Positions 35,940 through 47,651 of a DNA stretch of 64,000 bases are shown in pieces; the stretch's first letter is position 1; each line of letters opens with the position of its first letter. The stretch spans positions 992,001-1,056,000 of the forward strand of contig JBHGNT010000001.1 in assembly GCA_043228905.1 (NCBI GenBank), written 5' to 3'. The position numbers were made by a program, and so were the translations under genes. Source of the stretch: Azolla caroliniana. Taxonomy: Eukaryota; Plantae; Polypodiophyta. The notes below the pieces were generated by a model, which was not told where the DNA came from, did no database searches, and worked only from the letters and a program-made list of their open reading frames with translations.

Positions 35940-36680
35940 ATGGTATCAGATGGGCAGCCAAGCGGCGGGAAGCGGCCGAAAGAAGAAGATAAAGCCAAAG
36001 AGGAGGGTCGGGTGGCAGCAGTGGCGGAGGATCGGGCGGCCGTGATGTGGCAAGACGAGGACTTGGTGCAAGAGGTGATGAAACACATGGACGGCTTCAC
36101 GCTGGCCTCGGCATCGTGCGTGTCCCGGACATGGAGGCGTGCAGCCGACGATGAAACCTTGTGGGAGCGCATATGCACACACAATTGGCCTCACCATCCA
36201 CTCCACTCCACCCCCCCCAATTTCCCGGCCCCGAACCTATCCAGGAACCTCCAGCTCAAGAGGGTTGTCCAAGGTCTCGGCGGCTTCCGTCGCCTCTTCG
36301 TCACTTACCTGCGCCCGCTCCTCCAAAAATCTCTGCCATCACCTCTTCTTCCGACTCCGTCCGCCTCCACCACTACTTGGGCCCCCTCGACCGCCGATCT
36401 GGTTGCTTTGACGGCAGCAAATTTGCCACTCAATTCGGCCGCCTCCACCCCAAAATTGGCTGCTAAACCCGCATCCCGCCCCCGCCGCTGCAATCACTTC
36501 CAAGCTTGGGGGAGAGATGAAGTCCACCTTTCTCTCTCTCTCTACTCCATTGATTGCTTCTCTAGACTTGGCAAGATCTCTTCTTCCCCTTCCTCTCTCC
36601 ATCATCACCCTTCTTCTTCTTCTTCTTCTTCTACGACTTCAACCACCATTATTACTTCCTCCTACAAGCTTCCTAATTGA
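35940..36680 (+). CDS. GID2: GID2/SLEEPY1-type F-box protein (gibberellin signalling, DELLA degradation)
   Basis: F-box DEDLVQEVMKHMDGFTLASASCVSRTWRRAADDETLWERIC; GGF domain VVQGLGGFRRLF; LSL domain WGRDEVHLSLSLYSI. Intronless; first in-frame ATG at 35940. Confidence 0.9.
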   Translation: MVSDGQPSGGKRPKEEDKAKEEGRVAAVAEDRAAVMWQDEDLVQEVMKHMDGFTLASASCVSRTWRRAADDETLWERICTHNWPHHPLHSTPPNFPAPNLSRNLQLKRVVQGLGGFRRLFVTYLRPLLQKSLPSPLLPTPSASTTTWAPSTADLVALTAANLPLNSAASTPKLAAKPASRPRRCNHFQAWGRDEVHLSLSLYSIDCFSRLGKISSSPSSLHHHPSSSSSSSTTSTTIITSSYKLPN

Positions 36681-38335
36681 ATTGTACACCCATGGAAACA
36701 TCTCCATAACCATTTCTCTCCTAACCTAATCGTTCACCCATGGGAACATCCCCAAACACTTGTCACCTTATCCTCTCTAGGGTTTTCTTTTTTTCATTGC
36801 ACGCGCATCCATATCATCTTTTGGCCCTAGGGGCTTCTTCTAGTTACCCTTATTTGTATTTGATCGGGGGGAGCAAGCATCAACCCCAAGTTTTTCGTAT
36901 CCCCTTGGCCCAACACACGGGGTATGTTTTTTGGGGGTACATTTGAGATGTATTACCTTATGCTAAATGGTGTGCATGTTATAAGAACAAGGTTTAGAGT
37001 TTGAGATGAATTACACAACACGTGAAATGGTTAAAGACCAAGGCCTAGTTTTGATATGTCTTAGAAAGGCCAACGTCTAGTTAAGTGATGACAAGACAAA
37101 TCTTGACTTTGACAAGTGTTGTGATGATGACAAATGAAACATTGTTGGCAAATGTACTTAACCAGATGAACATTTTTGGCAAGTTTAGTTTAGGAGGTTC
37201 ATTCCGTTGTGTGTATCTTGAAGACCTTTTGTTGTTCACTTGAACACTCCATGTATATGGTGGGTGTTTTGAGCATAACTTGGTATTGTTATTGGTGGGT
37301 GCTTTGGATATTGCATGTTATCTTCACCACACCTAATGTCATGAAAAAACAATGCGCATCATTTCATTCAAACCTAGTAATGTTATTAGCACAAAACTTC
37401 TCTAATATGCCTCCTAAATTTTAATGCAAATGATGTCTCATGTGGTCTTATCATCGCAATATATGTATTCATGTGGGGGATCCACCTTGATCCGAACCTT
37501 TTATGTGCTTCAAATTCGAATGGTACCTTGTATGTGTATTATTGATTGCCTTTAAAGCTTTTTGAATTGGAATTGAACCATCACCATTCATCTTTTGTCC
37601 TACTTGGTTGTAGTATGCTTCATTAAAAGTTGTTAAAAAGTTGTTCAAATGGAAGTTTATCTATTGTATTACACTATTTGATGAGTGTCTTGTTATGTCT
37701 TTGTTGTCAATGTTCATGGGCCATCCCCTCTTGATGAACAAAATTGTTGGTTCAACAATCGGTTGGAGATTAGTTATCATATTTACATGAAGCATAACCA
37801 TTTTCATGTAGATTATTTTTATTTAGGTTCACTAAAATATGCTTATCTGAACATAATGATGTTAGCTTAAGAAAACCCCTTATTGTTGCAAGCAATTGTG
37901 AAATACATTGAACACAGCAAGAGTGATATTTTGAGTATAACTGCCTATACGATTTGGCTCTTTCGTGAAAGTATTGATTCAAGCAAGGGTACATTTTTCT
38001 TCTATGACCAAACAACTAGTACCATTTGGATTTTTGTTCTTACTAGAGGAAAATGGATCGACTTTTTGGCTTTTTGTGCTTACCTCGAGGAAAATGAATC
38101 GATTTTTGCCACAATTCTCAATATGTTGTGTCATGTGTCATTATCCTTTATACTGTATGAGCTTGTTTCTTCTATCATTTTCGGGTTCCTCACTGTGACA
38201 AAATATACACCATTTTCTTGGTAGTTGTTTCGGTAAATAATATATATAGCAAACATTGGTATTGCAAATGCATATGGTTGTATTGATCCCATAAAAATAT
38301 GATAGAAAATAGGAAATGTTATTAAGAGGACACAC

Positions 38336-38501
38336 GATTGTTATGTATATGCTAAGGGTAGCATGGTAGCAAGTTTTCTTGCTTGTTGCATTGGAACCTT
38401 GCAATCACAAATAAAATAGATCGTTATGTATATGCTAAGCGTAGCATGCTAGCAAGTTTTCTTGCTTGTTGCATTGGAACTTTGCAATCACAAATAAAAT
38501 A
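38336..38501 (+). repeat. 83-bp tandem duplication
   Basis: Copies begin at 38336 and 38419, with few mismatches. Confidence 0.9.
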
Positions 38502-38885
38502 GGTCCATGTAGGACCTCTCTTTGATGTATGCAAATCAGGAACAGAATAGCAAGTCTAGCAAACCCCATATTGTGAGGCATTTCAGTGACAAAGCCTATG
38601 ATTATTTATTAAAGACCACTAACAACCACGAACTATGTACAAGGAATAAGTTTCGTTGTTGCATTTCGCTCGATCCTTGTGTGCGTAGAGCCTTTCTATG
38701 AATTGGTTTACATGCTAAAGCAACATGTACTTCAAACAACTAGTATGTGCTCATTTGTCATGAATTCGTGAACATTATGCTTCACCTGAACTTGACCCCA
38801 AGACTTCGTATTATGAAATTCGAAGCCTAACCATTAAGGTAACCTATGAGGACGTGAAATGATAAAGGCTACTTTGCATAGTGAT

Positions 38886-39294
38886 TGTTGTATTTGAGAA
38901 ACTTCTGGAACTGTCTAGAACATTCTAGAAATCTTCTGGAACATCCTAGAATATTCTAGGTCCAAAGCATTCTAGAAATCTCTAAGCTATTCTATATAAA
39001 CCTATAAATAGAGACAAATAGATAAAATCAAATCAGTTTGAATCAAACCGTCAGAACAAAGCAAGAGATTGAACGATTGAAGGAGGTTATTAGAGAATAG
39101 AAGAAGAGAGGAGAATGGATTGATAAGAGAAGAGTGGGTTTATTAGAATAGAATGAGTACAAGGATGAGTTGGATACAAGGTAGCTCCCATCAATATTTT
39201 ATGGAGTAAGCAAAAACTTAATGGCAATAGCTCACTGATCAATCACTCTTGCGTTGAAGATGAACGGGTTTAAGATACAAGGTTTTGCACAACA
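38886..39294 (+). mobile_element. Probable solo LTR
   Basis: TGTTG...CAACA termini, HSE array then TATA boxes, GA-rich 3' part. No matching TSD found, so the ends are uncertain. Confidence 0.45.
38897..39010 (+). promoter_or_regulatory. Heat-shock element array plus TATA boxes
   Basis: aGAAa cTTCt gGAAc tGTCt aGAAc aTTCt aGAAa (38897-38931), then cTTCt gGAAc aTCCt aGAAt aTTCt (38933-38957); TATATAAA ~38993 and CCTATAAATA 39001. Confidence 0.7.
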
Positions 39295-42200
39295 TTGTGC
39301 ATTCTTCTTCCCAAATGAGTATCATGCCTTCTCCAATCAAATATAGTCCCATTTTTTAGTGTATAATCATCTACTTTATATATTGACACATATCTTGGAA
39401 GTTGTACTTCCATGGTTTAGTTAATTAGTAAATCATGGTTTGCAATTAAATCGAAATAGAACAAGTATTTATAGTTTAAAATGATGTATGTGATGAAATG
39501 AGCCAATAATATTGATAAGGTGATCAAATAAGACAATGTTATTATTTACGTGATACTTAGCTTATATGTATATTTATATATGTGTGAATAGGACCATGGC
39601 TGTCGATAGAGAGGTGAGCTTTCATATCGAGTGCATCTACATAAACACGATGAATCTTCAAGTGATTGTATTGCAAAACCTTTCGTCATATGTTGAAACA
39701 TATTCACATCACATTTAATTATAATGTGTTTAGCAAGGGCGGCAACTTGAGGGTGTGCGAAATGTAATTATCTTTACCTAGAAAGATTGGACTATTGGAC
39801 TATTCTTGTATATTGCCTGTGGCCAGTGGCCACTTTAATTCTAATACCAATGGAGGATTTTTTTCATGAAGAAAAAAATTATAATACGTTTAGAGTCTCC
39901 TTTCTAAGAGGGATGTAATTAGCTAACAAGCCTAAATCTTGGGTATTTGAACTAGTTATTCTTCGACACCTTTGAAACATTGTGATTATATTACCTTTTG
40001 CTTAAAGTAAACAAGATGATGCACTTATTTGAGAGACAATTGTCAAGCATGGTTTCCATGTAGTCATCACGAATAGATTTTAGAAAGTGAAAATGTTCAC
40101 AATCTCCCTTTAAAAAAAATGAATTTTACTTACCAAGTTGTAATCGTTAGCTCTTGGAACTAGTTCGATTTTAATTTGGCTCTAGTAAGTTGTTTCCATA
40201 TTTTTATAAATATATAGATGAAAATTCCTAGTTTTAGTAGCTAAAATGTACCATTATTTGGAGCATTGTGCGTGAGTATTGTGCTGAATTATGCAAGATT
40301 GCACATAGGAATATGAGGTGTTCTAGTTATTTATCTAAAGCTTAAAACATTCAAATGGAGAACATCGCTAGACGTTGTATGGGATATTCCTATGTGAAGA
40401 TTTCAAGGTCTTTTCTAAAATCAGGGTGACTATTTGGTGTTATGGGATAACAATGGATATGAACGAAACACGAGTACAATGAAAATTGTTGAAGGTTTTA
40501 CGTTGTGATCCAAAATCATGCAACATGAGAAATGTCGTGTGTTGTGGACCGTGATGTCATGATGTGGCATGGCATGGAATACCACGATAACCTAAACTTC
40601 TAATGAGGAGTTATTATTGAAGTTATTTCAATAAGTTAGATTTTCAATGATAGGTAATAATGGACATAAAGAACATGCAAACATTTCAATAACAATTTAT
40701 TTAAGGCCATGGAATCTAACAAATAATCCTTAATATCATTGATTTAGCAACAAGGACCACTATTACATGCACATCGTGTTTGTGTCCTCTAATGATGCAA
40801 TCATAGAGTCAACCAAGGGGACATTGGGTTAGTCAATTGCTTACATGGGATGCAACATATGAGTCCACACTTACACATTTAAATATTTTGGAGCTTGTAC
40901 CCACGGACCACGAATGAATTGCACATAACAATGTCATCCTCAACCCACATTATTGTTTTCTAGTACATATGTTGCTACCATATACTTGGTATTTAGTTGT
41001 ATCTTTATATGGTTGATGTTCGGTTGTGGCATTTGTTTTTTTGTCTTTGAGCAATGGTGCTCCTTATTGTGATATATTGCATGCATAATAACTTTTAATA
41101 TTTTTACCAACTTCCTAATATATTTTGTTTTTTTCCTTGAAGTTTGCATGTCATGACAAATGATTATCATTGTCTCCCTTCACAATTGAAGCGTGTGACA
41201 TTAAGTTTCAATTGTTGTTCAAATTGGGTTTCATGACTTGTAAACCAAAGTGACATCTTGAAATTTTGACAAGAAAGACGCTTTTGAAGTTTCAATAGAT
41301 CCACAAATTAAATAAAACTCATTTGGAATTCCAAAGTTTTGACATTTTAATAGCCTAGTTTTCTATGATAAAGACAAAAGCGCCAAGCCTCATTTGTTGT
41401 TTCATCTATCCACAACTATTATTTTTCTCTCTTTTTTGGATGGTTGTGAATTCAAAAATTTATCATTGGAATCTTTTGGTGAATGGTTTGATTTAATTAT
41501 ATTTTACCACATATACATGCATGTTAAGGCAGGTGGCTAATCCTCTATGTCCCATTTACCAATACATATTGCAACACTCTAATTTTGTCTCAATTGAAAA
41601 ATTGGAATTTCGCAAGTCAATCATAGACTCGTCTAGATCCTTAATTAGATATAATAAGTGTGTTAGGCTTGGACAAATATGAGATATAAACAAAACAACT
41701 AAATAGTGAGAGTAAGTTGTTTGGAAAGTGCTCGACCTCGTCCATGATTCAATAAAGAAACAGAAACAAACATATTGTTTCTCTTTATAGGAAAACACAC
41801 ATACATAGTTACAAAAAGCATTACAAAGTTCATCGCATAAGAAAGGGCTTTCCATAGTTGACTATGTTTATTCATCACTCACTATAAGAAGACACGAGGA
41901 AAAATTAATTAATGGTCATTTTGTTGTTATCCTTAGAACCCATACAAGGCATTATGAAGTTTATCACATAACTTGATTTATGTTGTATCCCATACAAGGC
42001 ATCCCATAGCTTGATGCAAATCCCTCCAATATTGCACCAACTTTTTTCTTTTCCAAAAAAGAATATCCTTCCATTAGATAAGAAAACCAAGTTTGCTACA
42101 ACATACAAAGTATGTGGAAAGAAAGCCAAGATACTTCCTAAAGCCCTCTTGTAAAATTCAATGGGCAACCATAGATCTTTCCCTAAAGAGGCTAAGGAGA

Positions 42201-42389
42201 TGGATCTATATACATCCCAACTTACAACGGAGAACAACCAACAAAGGGGGGGGAAATTGCTAGATCATCTTACAATGTACTCATTGAAAAACTAGAATAC
42301 AACTTCAAAGCTTCTGAAAAGAAATTTGTAATAACAATGTAGAATCCATATGTGTAGCAATACTATCATTTTGTCTTTTATCCAAATAA

Positions 42390-42700
42390 GAGAAATGCCC
42401 ATGCTTTGCATTTGTTCAAATGAATCGAGTGCTTTGTGACCCTGTCCATGTTGTCCAGCACTTCCTTGGTTGTTCCAAACCTACCACCTTTGTCATACAT
42501 GTCCATCGAAGCATTGCCCAATACCATTATATCATTATCCACAAGAGCCATATCCGGTTTTCCCTTGTCGATAGCTTCTACACTTCCTCAAGCCTTTGCT
42601 ACGGCAAGCTAGGAGACCACATGTAAAGGAAAAAACATCTCCAACATGTCAAAACAAGTCCATTTTATCATGATTGCATTCCAAATGGCCACCAGCTAAT
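42390..42700 (-). pseudogene. PLS-PPR pseudogene fragment
   Basis: Minus-strand remnants WNAIM, KA*GSVEAIDKGK, VLGNASMDMYDKG, QHGQGHKALDSFEQMQ, with frameshifts. Confidence 0.7.
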
Positions 42701-43187
42701 TCCAATGTCTAAAGTCAAGCAATGTCTTACGATGACAGCAACACATTTGGCCCGAGTTGTTGTGTCTTAAAACCATTAAAAATCTCCAAGCTTCAAAACC
42801 TGTATTGTCGTTGACCCTCAAGAAAAAACTTCCAAATCCACACCATCAACATTCATAAAACAAAACAAAAAAGAAAAGAAAATGTGTCTACTCTCCCATC
42901 GTGAAGTATGCTTCAACCCCCGCCAACCTCATGACTCATCCTTATCAAACAAGAATCTGTTTTATTTTCCCCATCCAACATACCACCGAAGCCCTGTACA
43001 TAGAAAAAACATAATGACACTACTCTCTGGATCCCCTCATGAAATTATGCTTCTGCCCTCGACACCATCGTTAGTCATCCTTGTCATCTTTTACTATGAA
43101 GGTCCTTGAGATTGGAAGACGCGATGACCAACATCCAATGTGCTCTCCTTCTCCCCTCATGAAAGTATGCTTTAGCCCCTACACCAT

Positions 43188-43708
43188 CAAAAAATCGAAT
43201 GAATCACTCTCCTCAGACACTCATAAAACTGCTTCACCCTCCAACACCATCTTTATGAAAATCTGCTTCATTTTCAACATCAACCATCTGTCCATTTTCA
43301 GATTCCATCAAGCATCCTGACATATAGACAACAAACAATAAATATAATAAAGTATAATATTATATACCCCTCAAAAAATCGAATGAATACTCTCCTCAAA
43401 CACTCATAAAAACTGCTTCCCCCTCCAACACCATCTTTATAAAAATCTGCTTCATTTTCAACATCAACCATCTGTCCATTTTCAGATTCCATCAAGCATC
43501 CTGACATATAGACAACAAACAATAAATATAATAAAGTATAATATTATATACACCCTCAAAAAAATCGAATGAATACTCTCCTCAAGCACTCATAAAAAAC
43601 TGCTTCCCCCTCCAACACCATCTTTATAGAAAATCTGCTTCATTTTCAACATCAACCATCTGTCCATTTTCAGATTCCATAAAGCATCCTGACATATAGA
43701 CAACAAAC
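43188..43708. repeat. ~184-bp tandem repeat, 2.8 copies
   Basis: Units start at 43188, 43372, 43557 (CAAAAAATCGAATGAAT...GACATATAGACAACAAAC). Confidence 0.92.
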
Positions 43709-44119
43709 ATATTAGTGTAAAAAACTCCCTCACCAACTCATGATCCTATGCTTCAAACCCCACACCATCTTCACTCCTCCTTATCCCTCAAAAGAATGTT
43801 GCTTCAAAAAGAATTTGCTTCTTACGTCCACAACAACCATCTTGCCATCTCGCTAATCGGCACCAAAATTTGGCTTGCCATGTCCTTGATTTCCACCAAC
43901 AGCATCACTTATCATGTCCAACGACACTGCTTCGTAGTCCATTAGGTAAGTAAGAAAATCTGCCGAAAAGTATCAAACAATACAGATTACTTTGAATAGA
44001 AATCTATAAATATCTCCCTATCACACCATAGGAACACTTCTTCCTCCCATAACAACATCCTTTTCCAACAAAGAAAAGAATTATTATGTTTATAAACAAG
44101 TTATGTTGTTATGTGCTCT

Positions 44120-45925
44120 GAAATAAGAAAGGATTAGGCGGAGGAAACAACCATCATGGTGGCACATAATTCCAACAGTTTTCATGTGTCCCATCCAACC
44201 ATAGAGGTATTGGCCTCCATGTCTGACGAAATTTTCTTCTTTTCTTATGCACATTTTCTGCTGGTCCTTTTATATTATCGTACTCTCCCTTAACTGTATG
44301 TACTAAGTTGTCCCATAACATCTTTATCATATCCACCACATTGTACTCAATACCTGCATATTTCTTGATGCAACTACACTTCCACCACACCCATAAAGCA
44401 TTAATCGAGACAATATTCCAAACAAAAGACTTTTTAAAATATTTACCACCCGGACTATTCGGAAGAACTGCTTTGATTCTATTCTCCGACACACGCAATG
44501 CTTCCACACATTGCTCCCCCTCGTACATTGATACTTGGACATCCAAAGACCCCCAAAAAACAGCTCCCCATGTAAAAATCGCTCCTCTATATTTACAAGA
44601 AAACAACCTTAGTATTCTTCCCCAATATTGTTGAGCTGCAACACAAGTCCAAAACAAATGTTTCAAAGTCTCCTCCTGTAATTGGCAACACACACAACGA
44701 CGATCATGAACCTGTCCTTTTAGATGATAACCTACAGGTAAAGCATAATGAAGTAATAACCACTTAAAAGAAATGGCTCTCCACAAACATGGTAAGGTCC
44801 ATAGACTTTTCCAGTAAGCTGCCAAATATTGAGGCGATATTGCACCTGACTTCTAGTACTTTTGTGCAACAGGACTTATAAAATGGTGTTGCAACAAGAA
44901 GCGTCTCCCATAGGCCACAAAATACTAAAAAAAAGGAAGAGTTCTACTTTCTTGTTCATTTAACCGCCATGCGTAATCAGCCGGATCCCAATTAAGGTGT
45001 TCCACCGGCTTACTTTGAAATGCCCACAGTTGTCGTGCGTGGTCTGCCAAAAAAGGGTTAGGATCCAGGAAAATCTTCTTCTCTAACCTAGCAATTACCC
45101 TAATGGGTTTTTGGGAGGCTAATTGCATAACTTCAGCTTCTTCTTCCACTAAATATAAAAGACCAGCATCTCCAACCTCATAAAATCTTATTGCACCCTC
45201 ATCAATGTAAGCCCTGGCACCTATTAAAATGCCCAAAAGTGAGAAAAGACCGTACCATGTATAATTATTATAAGGTAATTTGCCTTTGACAATTCTGAAA
45301 AGCCTGGTGAATCTGAACGAACATCAAACATCCCCCACGTAACGAAGACAAGAATTGTTTTTTGTCGTCATTTGAGAGAAATTGAAAACGTTCCCAATCA
45401 GCCACACTTGTAGCTGGTCCCGAGTCCATTTTCCCCCACGATAAATGCAACCTAATACCTAAAACACAACCAGAGCTATCAGTAAACAAAGGCTTCCATA
45501 GCAATGGTTGTCTTAGAAATTGGGCTTCTGTTGAAGGCAATTGAAATAATAGAGCCTCTCTAATGTCCTTCCATGCCCTCAAAATACCTGTAAAAAATCT
45601 TCTAGAACCAACATTTTGAGCCTTAATTGGAAATTCAGAATTAAACAACCATCTACAACTATCTTGCCATAGTCCTCCTAAGGTAGGCTTAATGTTATGA
45701 ATATCTGACAACCATAACTTTTTCCACAACTCATCCCCAGGCATAAATCCTCTCACAACATGCTTCGCAAGAAGAGCCTTACTCTGGAGCATAAGATCTA
45801 TTAAGCCTAGTCCACCTTCCCTTATGGCCGGATTAAAACTGACCAAGCAACTTTTGCAACAGCCGTTGATCCCAGCGAAGCACCCCAAATAAAATTACGA
45901 ACTAAGCGTTGTAATTTCAATATAA
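44120..45925 (-). mobile_element. 5'-truncated LINE (same family type as 10669-12854)
   Basis: LQRLVRNFIWG, EGGLGLID, LRQPLLWKPLF, zf-RVT CVCCQLQEETLKHLFWTC; ends WNYVPP*WLFPP (cf. WRYAPPIWLF in the other copy). Confidence 0.85.
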
Positions 45926-45952
45926 TGTAATTTCAATATTGCACCAACTTTA

Positions 45953-46195
45953 GCATTGAAATGGTTCATATCTATGAGTTGCGAGGGCTAGTCTTTGGAT
46001 GCAGCTACTTTTGTTGTTGTCTATGGAATAGCTTGCAGATTAGTGAACTGTTTTCTTCTACTTTGGAGTACATAGATTTGTTTCCTCGGCCATTATCTTA
46101 CACAAGGTGGGCTTGGAAAAAATATTTTGTATGTTGTAGTTGTTATGACTTTTTTTTTAAACTAATGAAAGGATATTTTGTTTTAGAAAAAATAA
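45953..46195 (+). mobile_element. PPR-derived retroposed insert, copy 2
   Basis: Perfect 18-bp direct repeat AATATTGCACCAACTTTA (45935-45952, 46196-46213); A-rich 3' end; collinear with the reverse complement of ~589-838. Confidence 0.8.
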
Positions 46196-47651
46196 AATAT
46201 TGCACCAACTTTATTGGAAATGTAGAAAAAAGTAATGATTATCCGACATCCATATCATTATACCCCAACCTATACAAAGTATTGTTAGCTTTGTAATTGA
46301 TTTAAAAGGTGATACATATGACAAGATTAATGTGATGCAAAGGGCACACAATTACCTCACATTGAAATGTAGCCAAAGTGTCGATATTCTTGGGTCAATT
46401 AAGATTCTCAATTAAACACCTAAGAATGAATATTACGATCATGTACTACTGACAACAATTAATGAAAAGATTATGGAAATGAATGAACAAAGGTGCGTAA
46501 CCACTACCCCCAACAAAAGACAAGACAAGACATGAACACAAAACTTCATCAACATCCCACACCACCGAATACCTAATCATCTTCATATAGTTAACTCCTT
46601 AGGCTCCCAAACTGCCACATGTTCCCATGCATCCCAAGTCCTTGTAGTGGGGTTAGTCCCACGTACCATGACAACTAGTTTCCCACTTATCTTATCCTTG
46701 AATCCACTCAATTCGGCCTTTAGAATTGATTCATAAGGTTATGCCCATAACCTAATTCCTGTTTTCAAAACATTAGAGCATTGCAATAATATATCTTAAT
46801 AATAAAAAATAGATTTAAGAACACTATTGTTCTCTCAAGTTGCATCTTGTATAACTCAATTCAACCTCGTGAACTCTTGAATTTGTTTAAATCTCAAATG
46901 TTTGATTTTAGAATTCAAAAATGTTTACATGGTTGAAATTTGGAAAGTAAATCCTCATGAACTAGTAGATCTTTAATGTTGACGATATTGTCATCAAAAC
47001 CTGGTAGTTCTTTCGGATGATTTATATGAAAATATGATGAACTTGGATACCATCAAGAAGATAGGCAAACATACCCATGCACTTCATGATTTGAAAGGTT
47101 CACAATAACACATGGCTAATTTAGCACAATTGCCCATAAATAAGGTTTACGAACTTGAGGCACATGTAAAGTACTATTAGACTAGGGGTAAAAAGATTTT
47201 GTTTTTTTTCTGACAAAAAGATACACCATGGTATTATAAAATCATCAAAAATACAAAAGTTGTGTTGGATATACCAACTGATTCCCTTGTACTCTCCTCC
47301 TAGCGGATTTGATGTGTATATACAATAACTACAGATAGTATTTTGTACATTAATGTTCAATATTCCTTGTTTTCTCCAAGCCCCGAGCTTGGGTTCATGA
47401 ACCTTGATTTGTGAACTCAAGTTCCCCTAGATCTATGCATTATAGGCAAAAATTTCATTGCATGATCATCAACATCCATGATATATTCATGTTCATAGGT
47501 TACAGATTCAGGTTCCCTTATATACAACCACCATCAATATGGAAATCCATGTTAATCTCAACAGTAAAGGCATCCATGACATGATCATTGATATACATAT
47601 TAATGGTATGTTCATGTTTATGAATTGTTAAAACCCACAAGATCTATCAAC

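Noticed and set aside
35941-35950. TGGTATCAGA, identical to a tRNA-iMet PBS
   Set aside because: It is the ATG GTA TCA GA start of GID2; no adjacent LTR end; likely chance.
37000-41900. Scattered coding-like fragments, possibly old Mutator-like remnants
   Set aside because: Too degenerate to assign by eye; no termini or catalytic motifs could be verified.
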